Shown here one piece after another: positions 1 through 12,372 of a stretch of 64,000 nt of DNA. The stretch comes from the human T2T-CHM13v2.0 reference genome, Homo sapiens. How positions within the stretch are numbered: position 1 is the first letter of the stretch; every line of letters starts with the position of its first letter. Made by a program: the position numbers and the translations under genes. Under the pieces are notes generated by a model that ran no database searches, was not told the origin of the DNA, and saw nothing but the letters and a program-made list of their open reading frames with translations. Location of the stretch: NCBI RefSeq assembly GCF_009914755.1, contig NC_060937.1; one strand, 5' to 3'.

Positions 1-1615
1 TCCATGAGCATACAATGTTTTCCCATTTGTTTGTGTCCTCTCTGATTTCCTTGAGCAGTGGTTTGCAGTTCTCCTTGAAGAGGTCCTTCATATCCCTTGT
101 AAGTTGTATTCCTAGGTATTTTATTCTCTTTGTAGCAATTGTGAATGGGAGTTCACTCAGGATTTGGCTCTCTGTTTGTCTATTATTGGTGTCTAGGAAC
201 GCTTGTGATTTTTGTACATTGATTTTGTATTCTGAGAATTTTCTGAAGTTGCTTATCAGCTTATGGAGTTTTTGGGCTGAGATGATGGGGTTTTCTAAAT
301 ATACAATCATGTTATCTGCAAACAGAGATAATTTGACTTCCTCTCTTCCTATTTGAATACGCTTTATTTCTTTCTCTTGCCTGATTACCGTGGCCAGAAC
401 TTCCAATACTATGTTGAATAGGAGTGGTGAGAGAGGGCATCGTTGTCTTGTGCCAGTTTTCAAAGGGAATGCATCCCGCTTTTGCCCATTCAGTATGATA
501 TTGGCTGTGGGTTTCTCATAAATAGCTCTTATTATTTTGAGATATATTTCATCAATGTCTGGTTTATTGAGAATTTTTAGTATGAAGAGGTGTTGGATTT
601 TATCAAAGGCCTTTTCTGCATCTATTGAGATAATCATGTGGTTTTTGTCATTGGCTCTGTTTATGTGATGGATTACATTTATTGATTTGCATTTGTTGAA
701 CCAGCCTTTCATCCCAGGGATGAAGCCAACTTGATCGTGGTGGATAAGCTTTTTGATGTACAGCTGGATTTGGTTTGCCAATATTTTATTGAGGATTCTC
801 GCATCAATGTTCATCAAGGATATTGGCCTGAAATTTTCTTTTTTTGTTGTGTCTCTGCCAGGTTTTGGTATCAGGATGATGCTGGCCTCATAAAATGAGT
901 TAGGGAAGCATCCCTCTTTTTCTATTGATTGGAATAGTTTCAGAAGGAATGGTATTAGCTGCTCTTTGTACCTCTGGTAGAATTCACTGTGAATCTGTCT
1001 AGTCCTGTGCTTTTTTTTTCTTTTTCTTTTTTTTTCTTGGTAGGCTGTTAGTTTCTGCCTCAATTTCAGAACTTGTTATTGGTCTATTCAGGGATTCGAC
1101 TTCTTCCTGATTTTGTCTTGGGAGGGTGTATGTGTCCAGGAATTTATCTATTTCTTCTAGATTTTCTATTTGATTTACGTAGAGGTGTTTATTGTATTCT
1201 CTGATGGTAGTTTGTATTTCTGTGGGATCAGTGGTGATATCCTTTTCATCATTTTTTGTTGTGTCTATTTGATTCTTCTCTCTTTTCTTCTTTATTAGTC
1301 TGGCTAGCAGTCTATCTATTTTGTTAATCTTTTCAAACAACCAGCTCCTGGATTCATTGATTTTTTGAAGGTTTTCGTGTCTCTCTCTCCCTCAGTTCTG
1401 CTCTGATCTTAGTTCTTCTGCTAGCTTTTGAATTTGTTTTGCATTTGCTCTGACCTTCTTGTCTTCTATTAGTTTTGAATTTGTTTACTCTTGCTTCTCT
1501 AGTTCTTTTAATTGTGATCTTACGGTGTCAATGTTAGATCTTTCCCACTTCCTCCTGTGGGGATTTAGTGTTATAAATTTTCCTCTAAACACTGCTTTAG
1601 CTGTGTCCCAGAGGT
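1..1615 (-). mobile_element. L1PA (L1PA7/8-like) ORF2 fragment, 5'-truncated, runs off the window start
   Basis: Minus-strand translation matches L1 ORF2p (e.g. ORF 999-1340 FEKINKIDR...[16 protein letters not shown]...[17 protein letters not shown]); RT-region sequence at 1-900; stops and frameshifts; expanded T-tract at ~1010-1036. Confidence 0.95.
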
Positions 1616-1619
1616 TCTC

Positions 1620-1738
1620 TCAGGTAGTTCTTATGTATATGAAAATGTTTTCATCTACCCATATACTTGCATGATAGTTTAGCTGGGTATAGAACTTTTG
1701 GTTACAAATAATTTTCCCTTAGAATTTTCAAGACATTG
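1620..1738 (-). mobile_element. Old L1M fragment
   Basis: GATAGTTTAGCTGGGTATAGAA...TTTTCCCTTAGAATTTT resembles antisense L1M sequence near the ORF1 end. Confidence 0.55.
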
Positions 1739-2169
1739 TGATGGAATCTAAATTTTTATCACAGGCTACTTATCAACTCAGTAATTTATTCTCTTTATGT
1801 TTTTGTCTTTCCAACCACAAACTTTCATGTAGACAAGAACAATGTGTTGGTGTGGAAGATGAGATACTCGTGAACTGTCCAGTTAGCAATTGGGCCAAAC
1901 TCCTTAGGTACATCTGGTCTTTCCTACATAAAGAGAACTCATGGAAGGGAACCACAGAGTCCTAAAAATTCTTTATGAAAACTCAACAGCAGAGATCAAG
2001 TAATACTGCCTTATCTGCTGCATTCGGACAAAAAAATACATGGTTTATTGCGAAGAGAACTTCACTTTGTAACAAACACAGCTGATAGTTTGGTCTTCAT
2101 GCCATCTTCAGAGAGGTGTCTTTTGGGGCGTTGGCTAATGCAGCCTACGATGAGTGGGGGTGACTTGGT

Positions 2170-2470
2170 TGATGTAGGTTTATCCTAAATGTCTGTTCTT
2201 CCCTTCCTGGTACCAATGGGTTAGCCTGGCATAGTCTTCTCAAGGTGACAGCAGAAGTACAAGAGAGGAGAGGAAACACAAGGCTTCTGTGGTTTTGCCC
2301 AGAATGAGCACAGTATGACTTTGGCCTGATTCTGCTGGCAAAAGCAAGTCCTATGTCCAAACCCAAAGCCAAGAATCTCAGAAGAACATCTTTCCCACAT
2401 TGTGGGTGCATTGCAGAGTTATGTGGAGAACAATGCAGATACAGAGAGGAGGAAAATATTAGAGCCAATA
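2170..2470 (-). mobile_element. MaLR LTR fragment (MLT1J/K-like)
   Basis: ATTCTGCTGGCAAAAGCAAGTCCTATGTCCAAACCCAAAG resembles the MLT1 'ttggccaaagcaagtcacatggcc' block. Confidence 0.55.
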
Positions 2471-2818
2471 ACACTATCTATTGAAGATTCTAGTAAATAA
2501 ACATATTTCTTAAAAAATTAATATGCACAATACATGTTTACTAAAGGAAGATGATTTTCCCTATGAGGCAGTTTCTGGCTCTGTATTTCTAAACAAAATA
2601 TTTCTTCAAAAATGTGATGAGGAACATTGTTTGTTTGTTTGTTTTTCTGATGTATCTGGAGTTTGCTGGCAGCGTGATATGCTCTGGCTATTTCTTTGTT
2701 GTCTGAGAAAAGCACTGACTCTCTCTGAGTGATTTTGATTCAGTTTCTGTATGAGAAAGGCCAGGGAATGTGTGTAGGGTTGGGTTAGGGGAATTAAAAC
2801 ATTTTGCCACTGGAGGAA

Positions 2819-2854
2819 AACAACAACAACAACAACAACAACAACAATAACAAC
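2819..2854. repeat. (CAA)n microsatellite
   Basis: About 11 AAC units seen directly, one interrupted. Confidence 0.95.
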
Positions 2855-2912
2855 TGTATTTAGACTACCTTCCTTGCAGAGAGACATGCCTTACCCTCCC
2901 TGGAGTCCCTGC

Positions 2913-3095
2913 CTAGATTCTCAGCCTGGCAGGCTGCTACTTGGGAACTTGGGCAAGTGACTTTACTTCTCTGACTCTCAATTTCTTGTTCTGTAAATGG
3001 GAACTAATGGGACGGTGTCCTACTTAACTCCAAAGGTGTTGTGAGTAACAAATGATATAGCAAATGGGAAAGGATGATGAAAAACTGCAAAATAC
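2913..3095 (+). mobile_element. MIR SINE
   Basis: MIR core TTGGGCAAGTGACTTTACTTCTCTGACTCTCAATTTCTTGTTCTGTAAATGGG. Confidence 0.75.
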
Positions 3096-5768
3096 TGCCC
3101 ACAAATAGCCGTGGCAGATCATCTGAAATCTGGGCTGTTAACCAATTTAGCACATAAGCTTAAGGAGGCTGAAGTTACTTAATGATTCAAGCTACTTAGG
3201 TTTTATCCTCAGGAAAAAGCTGTTCCATCACCCCAAGGGGTTAGTTATTCCCCCTAGGGAAGAACGCTTAGGAGATAAATGCAGGACAACTTGGATGCTT
3301 TTGGAAAGAGAGGTTCTGGGAATCCCTAACCTTGAACAACCTGTTTCATCATGTCTTTTTAAGGTTATAGACTGTGTTGAGTATCTAAAGAAGGCTATGT
3401 CTCCTCCCTTAGGGCAAAAAATGCATCTCTGCATATGAATGCATCATTTTGAATATAATTTCAGGATTCGTATGGGGAATTTTCCTCCCTGAACCTCTGC
3501 TTTGGAGAAATAGTGCCTGGCACTATGGGGGCACTGTCCATGTTTCCTCAGAACCCTTCACCAGGATGACTCCATCTGGAGTTTGGCCGGAAGAGCTGGG
3601 TCTTCTTGCCTCTTTGCTCATTTTTGGTCTTCTCCTCTCCACGGACAGAAAGACAGAAATTTAGCTCTAAGAAACTAGTGTTTATTGGCCCAGTTTATTC
3701 TTTGAAGGCCATATTGCACCAGCAATTCTCTGGACATTCACTTCTCTTCTCAACCTCTTTCTCCTTCTCGTCTTCCTCCTCTGCCTCTGATTCACCTCAA
3801 CTGCTGCTGCTTCTATCTTTCCTGCTTCACCTCCTCCTTCTTCTTTCAAAAACTACCTTTTAAAAAATCATTTTACAAAATTGCATCATTAATGATAATA
3901 TGCCTTAAAAGGCATCTTAAAAGGGACATCACATAAGTAATGCAAGCTCAGTGGAATCTGTTACTTTTATAGGAAAAGAATTCAGGTATTTATTATGTCC
4001 CTGCTGAAGAGTGAATAGTATCACTTCATCCAAACTGCCCATCCCGCACCCCAGCATTTCGTGTTGTTGCAGAACTGCTAGTTTAGTTCTCCAGTATAAA
4101 TAAATTATTGGTTATAGGTAGACGTGAACTCAATTATCATCTGTAGCATCCCACCTTTGAGGATATTTAGGATTATAACCATTGAAGGATCAGGATCATT
4201 GGAAAAAATGAGCAAGGCATAGAAGGACCAAGTGCGGGGAAATGAAACTATGACTCCAAAAATTCACAGAGCATGACAATTGCAAAAAAGATGCCATCAG
4301 CAAATGTGGTGATTTTCCTACAGCACTCAAATTCCTGTCCTGCATGTCAACTTAAAAGAATTTTGTCCGAAGGACATCACACAATAATCTACTCACACCC
4401 TGAGGTTTTCAAACTTTTAAAACAGCAATTGAAAAAAAATAGGGTTATATATTCCAATTCATCTGGGATCCCTCTCGATATTTTCTGATGATTGGACTGG
4501 TGACCACTTTGCCACACTGTTTAACGTCCATATTATTTTTATACTTACTGTATATTATGTTGCTCAGGCTTAATTTATGAGCACTTAAACAAAGGTGTTT
4601 GCTTTTTAAAGTATCTTTCTAGGTGTGGAAATGTTACCGAGTGAAAGTACAGCAGAAGGAAAACACTGTTGAATGATGTGTTTTAATATTCTTTGAAGCT
4701 ATGGACTTTATTGAAGACCCCCAAAAAAGCTATGGCTCCTCTCCTAAAGGAGGAACAGTGCACCTACGCGTATGAACCACAGTTCTGAGCATAATTTCAG
4801 GATTTGGGTGGAAAAATATTCCTAGAGTATTAATTATTTCCCATGCTCTGGTAGGAAGATTGCAGTTTTCTCTAACTCATGCTTGTAGTTTCTATTTTAT
4901 GCTCCTTCAGGTAATAACAGCCTACTGGAAAGAATCATTAAATAAACAAACCAGGTGAAGTCTAACAGGAGATAGTCACTCAACTTAAAAGAAAATGAGA
5001 GTGAGCAACCACACTTTTCTGGATGTTTCTATTTGGCTTTTATGAAAATCTTTTGAGTGTGGGAATTCAGTGTTTATAACTGTTAGATTTTCCATCCTTT
5101 GAACTTTATTTGTACAGCAGCTGTAAAAAGAGGTGAAGGCCGTAAATAGGAACTTAATCATCCATGCAAATTGTATTTCATGGCATATGTTACCATAGCA
5201 TTTCAGAAGTTTTTGTAGGAAGTATCTATGTATTTGAATTGCCTGGTAAATATGAAGATGAACAAGGAAACTACATGGACCATGATTTCCATACGTTCTG
5301 CAAGACTGTTCAAAAATCCCTACTGCCATTGACATTCATCTCTTAGAAGTGGTCTGAAAAAGGTGTGGTCTGGAAGATGTTGTTTACTTTGGAAAAAAAG
5401 ATTTTTTTTTTGTTCTGCTACTACTGAGAAACTCGAATCATTAGGTAAATGTCTCATCTAATTGTTCTAGTTAGGTTTTTCTCTGGAGAAACTGATCACC
5501 TCTATGATAATGATCACCACACATTATCTCCACATTTTTTTCCATTTGTAAAGATTAAACCAACTAGCCCTATAACACTGCACTTAAACGAATTTACAAA
5601 TAAGAGAAAGATTAGTCACAGGTCCATGATTTGGGCTTCTAGTTCTCTTTCTTTTTTCCTTTTCTTGCCTATCCTTAGGGAAATGCACCTTTAAAAAGTG
5701 CCCTCATTAAAGAGTGAGATGGAAGCAGGGAAAAAAATAAATCTCAGTTAATCATCTGTGCTGATTAT

Positions 5769-6080
5769 GGGCATGGTGTCTCGTGCCTGTAATCCCAGCA
5801 CTTTGGGAGGCCAAGGCAGAAGAATCACTTGAACCTAGGTGTTTGAGACCAACCTGGACAACAAAGCAAGACTCCATCTCTACCAAAATTTTTTTAAAAA
5901 ACATTATTAGCCAGGCATTGTGGCTCAGGCCTATAATACTAGCTGCCTGGGAGGCCTACGTGGGAGAATTGCTTGAGCCCAGGAGGTCGAGGCTGCAGTG
6001 AGCTTTGATTACTTCATTGTACTCGAGCCTGGGCAACAGTGCAAGACCTTGTCACTAAAAAACAAAATAAAACAAAAGAA
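5769..6080 (+). mobile_element. AluJ SINE
   Basis: Dimeric Alu with J-type GAGCCCAGGAGGTCGAGGCTGCAGTGAGC and an A-rich tail. Confidence 0.93.
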
Positions 6081-6264
6081 ATCAAAAACCATAATGGCAA
6101 TAATTTAAAAAGGATATGTTCCTCTATCACAAAGTTGGTCACCACCACAATCATCATTGTTATTATTGTGATCATTGCAAACATTATCAACTATTACCAT
6201 GTGCCAGGAACTATGTTCAGTGCTTTCTTTGCACTGCCTTAATAAACCTCACTTTCATATGAGG

Positions 6265-6563
6265 TGGGGGCCTTTGCACAGGCTAGTTCCTTTGTTTGGA
6301 ATGCCCTTCTCTGCCCCTTTCTGATGCACACTAGCCCATCCTTAACCCATCTGATTAATACTAACCCATCCTGCCACCCATCAGACATTACTTCCTCTGA
6401 GAAGACTGCACTGTCTCCATGTCCTTGTATGCCCCCTTATCTTTCTGGATTACGAAGCTGCCAGCCATGGAAGAGCAGGGGCCATACGACTTTTTGCCCA
6501 ATAGGCAGTATGCAGCACATAGCTCATGACCTAGTACATGAGACTTTGTATTTGTTGAATACA
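6265..6563 (+). mobile_element. L2 LINE 3' fragment
   Basis: GCCTTTGCACAGGCTAGTTCC...GGAATGCCCTTC and terminal TATTTGTTGAAT. Confidence 0.65.
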
Positions 6564-7540
6564 TGTGGCCCTTGGGCCATATATGCAGTCATATAGTAGG
6601 AAGTGCCACAGTGAGGATTCTATTACAGTACTTCTCTGGATCCAGAGATTTAACCACTGGAATTCCACCTCCTGCCTCCTCCTCCTCTTCTGTTGCCTCC
6701 TCCTCTTCTGCATCTTACTTTCTTTCCTCTTCATCACAACAGCATAGTGCAGTGTGAAAAGTGCTGGCTCTACATTCAGACTGTCTGGGTTTGAATCCAG
6801 ATAGTACATGCAAAACACTGAATGCTCAATATTTACTATTTCTAGAATTGCCATCATCCCCACTCCCAATATGTGGGTGGGGCTGTGTCATACCAGATGT
6901 GCTGTTGTGTCGTTGGAATTAGCCAGGGCCCCTTCCAATAGAATTGATGCGCTAGAGCCAAAAACTCTGATCCAGAGAGGCATACAACACATATGTAGAA
7001 TTGGATGAAATATGACAAACTAATAGTTTACTAAGGCCATGGAAAAGGAAAAAGATCAAAAACTAATGATGTAGCTAATGGTGATGGAAGAAGGATTCTG
7101 GTTAGAGAAAGCTTCAACCAATGAGGAAAATATGGGGGCATGTGAATGGTTCTAGGTTAGGGTACAGTGAAGCCTTGGATACACTGCTCCAATAACAGGG
7201 AAATGCTGAGGGTAGTGGATGAGAGAAATAGAGGGTACCTAGAAAAAGTTCTGGAAGCCGATGGTGGATATTAGTAAAGATATGGGGTGCATTGAGAGTT
7301 TATTGCAAATAGAGAGACTGATCCAAATGCTAGGTGACAAAGATAATTATTAGGTAAAAGGATGGTGCATTAGGATAAAGCATGGGTTTGCTACATGCTT
7401 GTTTCTTATTTTTCTGATTAGTATTTTCAAAGGTAGATTGTGCTAATTCACTGAGTATATTATTACCCGTGGCATTTGATAAGAATTTTAAAAATTTAAG
7501 CAATAAAGAAGACTATAACCAGCATCAAAACCTTTCTCAA

Positions 7541-7838
7541 GGCCAGGTGTGGTGGCTCACACCTGTAATCACAGCCCTTTGGAAGGCTGAGGCGAGCTGA
7601 CAACTTAAGGTCAGGAGTTTGAGACCAGCCTGGCCAACATGGTGAAATCCTGTCTGTACTAAAAATACAAAACTTAGCTGCATGTGGTGGCAGGTGCCTG
7701 TAATCCCAGCTACTCAGGAGGCTGAGGCAGGAGAATCATCTGAACCCAGGAGGCAGGGGTTGCAGTGAGCTGAGATCATGCCACTGCACTCCAGCCTGGG
7801 CGACAGAAAGAGACTCCGTCTCAAAACAAACAAACAAA
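7541..7838 (+). mobile_element. AluS SINE
   Basis: Full dimer, (CAAA)n tail, diverged TSD AAACCTTTCTCAAG / AAACCTGTCTTAAG. Confidence 0.95.
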
Positions 7839-9289
7839 CCTGTCTTAAGTTTATTAAAGTAATCATGATATGACAGACTCTGAATTTAAAAGGTCAACAT
7901 GATAAGTAAATGAGAAAATTTTATATATTTGTGCACATGTTGCAAAATAGAGAAAAATCAACATATCCTAGAAATTGGTGCTATAATTGCAGGTTTAATT
8001 TTACCAGTGGTTACATTTCTCATAGTTTCCTGTGTTGGAGTATGGCCTGGGAATGAATGACCACAGAATTAGCAATTATCCTGTAATTTTAAAAGTGTGG
8101 TTGAATTTGTTTCTGTTAGCATTAAGTTTTCCACTTACATAAAAACTTACTACACAAAAGCTTTGGGGAAAATGGATCAATCTTATGTTCTCTAGTGTTA
8201 GAAGCTAGTGAAGATAATGATATCATTAAGTCAATATCCTTATGAAAAAAAGAACAGTAATGGCTGATTTGTATCTCTAAATAGCTACATTAATTAAATT
8301 CCAGTCCCCTGAAACACTGAGATTTCGGGGGAGAATACACAAATGTTTTTAAATGTTAATTTTGTACAATAAAACTAAGGTTATTCTGGCCATTTGTTTT
8401 ATTTATAGCACAGGGAGACTTAAAATAAAAAGCTGGAAGTCCCCAAAATATATTATTCTACCAACAACAAGCTCATGCTTCCATAATAGTGTTATGTGAC
8501 TTTCCCTTTATTCTAATTCCTAAGGGCAGGAAAACTGCAGTCACTTCTTTTTACGTACGACTTTGCCCAGTGCAGGGCACAATAGTGCCCAGTGAGAATT
8601 TGCTGATGAGGGTGAATACACCTAGTGTGTTAGAATTCAAGTTCTGGAACATTGACTTAGTCACTAACTACCTTGGAAAGAATGTAGGTAGGAAACCTGG
8701 ATTCACTGTTGTAGAAAATTCTCAGTATGCCATTTTCTCACTCAAATGTTCCCTGGTTTCCTTAAGCAAAGGAAAGTGCGAGTGTGCAGCATTGGAGAAG
8801 CAGGAGAACTTTGATCACATAATCTCTCTAGACCTTGGGTTCTTGCCTGGAACACGCTGGTCTGTTACCTTGCAGTGAAGGTGGCTGGGTGGTGGTGCCC
8901 TCCCTCATTAAGAAGACCTCAGAGGTGAATGGGCAGCAGGCATGTGTGTTTTCTTTCTGTCTGCCTGGTCCAGGAAGAAGATGGAGAGCAAAGGCTTTGG
9001 GAGGGGAAAAATGTCGCTTATCCAGGGGAGTTAGAGAAGCCAAATAGCTTGCAAGACTAGGAGCTTCAGTAGAAGCTCTCTTACGTTAGCTATGAAGGAG
9101 GCAGGGACATTTCACGTCTCTTCCTGAGAAACAGGAAGACCCAGCCCCACAGAAGGCTGACTTGACCATTATAACCCATTAGCCTGTTGCAGAGTTGCAG
9201 AACACAGGTAGCTTTTTAGGTACTGGTATTTGGCTGGTTTGAACTTAAAAATTGAAAAAAAAAAAAAAAAAAACCAAAAGGATCCTCTT

Positions 9290-9941
9290 TTTCCTAATTC
9301 TAAAGGTAATATACAGTGATTGCAGACATTTTGTAAAATACAGAAAAATAGGCCAGGCACGGTGGCTCACACCTGTAACCCTGGCACTTTGGGAGGGTGA
9401 GGCAGGTCGATCCCTTGAGGTCAGGAGTTCGAAACCCCGTCTCTGCTAACAATGCAAAAATTAGCTGGGAGTAGTGGCAGGCGCCTGTGATCTCAACTAC
9501 TCGGGAGGCTGAGGCGGGAGAATCGCTTGAATCTGGGAGGTGGAGGTTGCAGTGAGCTTAGATCACGCCACTACACTCTAGCCTGGGCAACAAGAGCAAA
9601 ACTTTGTCTCAAAAAAAAAACAACAACAACAACAAAAAAAACCAGAAGAATATAAATCAGATAAGAATTACTTGGTATGGAATCATCCAGAAATTATAAC
9701 ATATTTAATTTTGGAATATTTTCTTCTTTTTTAAATAAAGTAATGAATAAGTACTTAAAATGGATGGGATCATAATATATATATTGTTTGTAGCCTTATA
9801 GTTTCCCTCTTAGTATATTGTGAGCACTGACCCATATCCTTACATGATTTTTAATAATTCCACAAAATAGGTATATAAATCACAACTCTATTTGGGGTTA
9901 TTTACATTGTTTACAGCTTTGGAATTAAAAATAATGCAATG
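9290..9941 (-). mobile_element. Old L1ME-like 3' fragment, interrupted by an Alu and by the full-length L1; resumes at ~16401-16490
   Basis: Antisense L1M 3'UTR-like sequence (...CATTGTTTACAGCTTTGGAATTAAAAATAATGCAATG) continues after the L1PA as AATGCAATGATAAACCTCTTTGT...GCATATTTCTG. Confidence 0.6.
9351..9640 (+). mobile_element. AluS SINE with ~23-bp left-arm deletion
   Basis: GGCCAGGCACGGTGGCTCAC start; GAGTTCGA joined directly to AACCCCG; diverged TSD AAAATACAGAAAAATA / AAAAACCAGAAGAATA. Confidence 0.93.
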
Positions 9942-11294
9942 GGCAATGGCTGGCAAGCTGGCCAAATAGGAACAGTTCCAGTCTGCAGCTCCCAGTGAGA
10001 TCAACGCAGAAGGTGGGTGATTTCTGCATTTCCAACTGAGGTACCCGGCCCAACTCATTAGGACTGGTTAGACAGTGGGTGCAGCCCATGGAGGGTGAGC
10101 AGAAGCAGGATGAGGCATCCCCTCACCCAGGAAGCACAAGGGGTTCAGGAACTCCCTCGCCTAGCCAAGGGAAGCCATGAGGCACTGTGCCATGAGAAAC
10201 CATGCATTCTGGCCCAGATACTATGCTTTTCTCATGGTCTGTGCAACCCACAGACCAGGAGATTCCCTCGGGTCCCTACATGACTAGGGCCTAGGGTTTC
10301 AGCACAAAATTGGGTGGCCATGTGGGCAGACACTGAGCTAGCTGCAGGAGGTTTTTTTTTTTTTCTTTCATACCCAGTGGTGCCTGGAACGCCAGCAAGA
10401 CAGAACTGTTCACTCCCCTGGAAAGGGGGTTGAAGCCTGGGAGCCAAGTGATCTAGCTCAGTGGATCCCACCCCCTGGAGCCCAGCAAGCTAACATCAAC
10501 TGGCTTAAAATTCTTCATGCCAGCACAGCAGTCTGAGGTCGACCTGGGATGCTCGAGCTTGATTGGAGAAGGGGTGTCCACAATTACTGAGGCATGAGTA
10601 GGTAGGTGGTTTTCTCCTCATAGTGTAAACAAAGCCACTGGGAAGTTTGAACCGGGCAGAGCCCACCACAACTCAGCAAAGCCACAGTAGACAGACTGCC
10701 TCTCTAGATTCCTCCTCTCTGGGCAGGGCATCTCTTAAAGAAAGGCAGCAGCCCTAGTCAGGGGCTTATAGAGAAGACTCCAATCTCCCTGGTACAGAAC
10801 ACCTGGGGGAAGGGGCAGCTGTGGGTGCAGCTTCAGCAGACTGAAACGTTCCTGCCTGCTGGCTCTGAAGACAGCAGTGGATCTCCCCGCACAGCGCTCA
10901 AGCCCTGCTAAGGGACAGACTGCCTCCTGAAGTGGGTCCCAGACCCCCGTGCCTCCTGACTGAGAGACACTTCCCAGCAGAGGTTGACAGACACCTCATA
11001 CAGGAGAGCTCCAGCTGGCATCTGGCAGGTGCCTCTCTGGGATGAGTCTTCCAGAGGAAGACAGGCAGCAATCTTTGCTGTTCTGCAGGCTCTGCTGGTG
11101 ATACCCAGGCAAAGAGGGTCTGGAGTGGACCTCCAGTAAACTCCAGCAGACCTGCAGCAGAGAGGCCTGAATTTTAGAAGGAAAAGTAACAAATAGAAAA
11201 GAATAGCATCAACATCAACAAAAAGGACGTCCACACAAAAACCCCATCCGAAGGTAACCAAGGTCAAAGACCAAAGGTAGGCAAATCCACAAAG

Positions 11295-12309
11295 ATGAGG
11301 AAAAACCATTGCAAAAAGACTGAAAATTCCAAAAACCAGAACACCTCTTCTCCTCCAAAGGATCACAACTTCTCACCAGCAAGGGAACAAAACTGGATGG
11401 AGAATGAGTGTGACAAATTGACAGAAGTAGGCTTCAGAAGGTGGCTAATAACAAACTACTCCAAGCTAAAGGAGCATGTTCTAACCCAATGCAAGGAAGC
11501 TAAGAACCTTGAAAAAAGGTTAGAGGAATTGCTGACTAGAATAACCAGTTTGGAGAAGAATATAAGTCACCTGGTGGAGCTGAAAAACACAGCATGAGAA
11601 CTTTGTGAAGCATACACATGTATCAGTAGCCAAATCAATCATGCAGAAGAAAGGATATCAGAGATTGTAGATCAACACAATGAAATAAAACATGATGACA
11701 AGATTAGAGAAAAAATAGTGAAAAGGAATGAACAAAGCCTCAAAGAAATATGGGACTATGTGGAAAGACCAAACCTATGTTTGATTGGTGTACTTGAAAC
11801 TGATGGGGAGAATGAAACCAAGTTGGAAAACACTCTTCAGGATATTATCCAGGAGAAATTCCCCAACCTAGCAAGAGAGGTCAACATTCAAATTCAGGAA
11901 ATACAGAGAACACCACAAAGAGAAGAGCAACCCTAAGACACATAATTGTCATATTCACCAAGGTTGAAATGAAGGAAAAAATGTTAAGGGCAGCCAGAGA
12001 GAAAGGTCGGGTTACCCACAAAGGAAAGGCCATCAGATTAACAGTGGTTCTCTCTGCAGAAACCCTACAAGCCAGAAAAGAGTAGGGGCCAATATTCAAC
12101 ATTCTTAAAGAAAAGAATTTTCAACCCAGAATTTCATATTCAGCCAAACTAAGCTCATAAGCAAAGGAGAAATAAAATCCTTTACAGACAAGCAAATGCT
12201 GAGAGATTTTGTCACCATCAGGCCTGCCTTACAAGAGCTCCTGAAGGAAGCACTGAATATGGAAAGGAAAGACTGGTACCAGCCACAGCAAAAACATACC
12301 AAATTGTAA
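11295..12309 (+). pseudogene. L1 ORF1p, disrupted
   Basis: MRKNHCKKTENSKNQNTSSPPKD..., RNEQSLKEIWDYVERPNL...; stop at 11595 and ~10-bp deletion near 11920. Confidence 0.9.
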
Positions 12310-12372
12310 AGACTATCGACACTATGAAGAAACTGCATCAACTAATGAGCAAAATAACCAGTTAGCATCATA

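Noticed and set aside
4685-4810. Possible hAT DNA-transposon fragment (AAAGCTATGG..CCTCTCC...CATAATTTCAGG)
   Set aside because: Too short and diverged to name or bound reliably.
5164-5346. Protein-looking peptide ELPGKYEDEQGNYMDHDFHTFCK after a possible acceptor TTTTGTAG
   Set aside because: No recognisable homologue, no convincing donor or partner exons.
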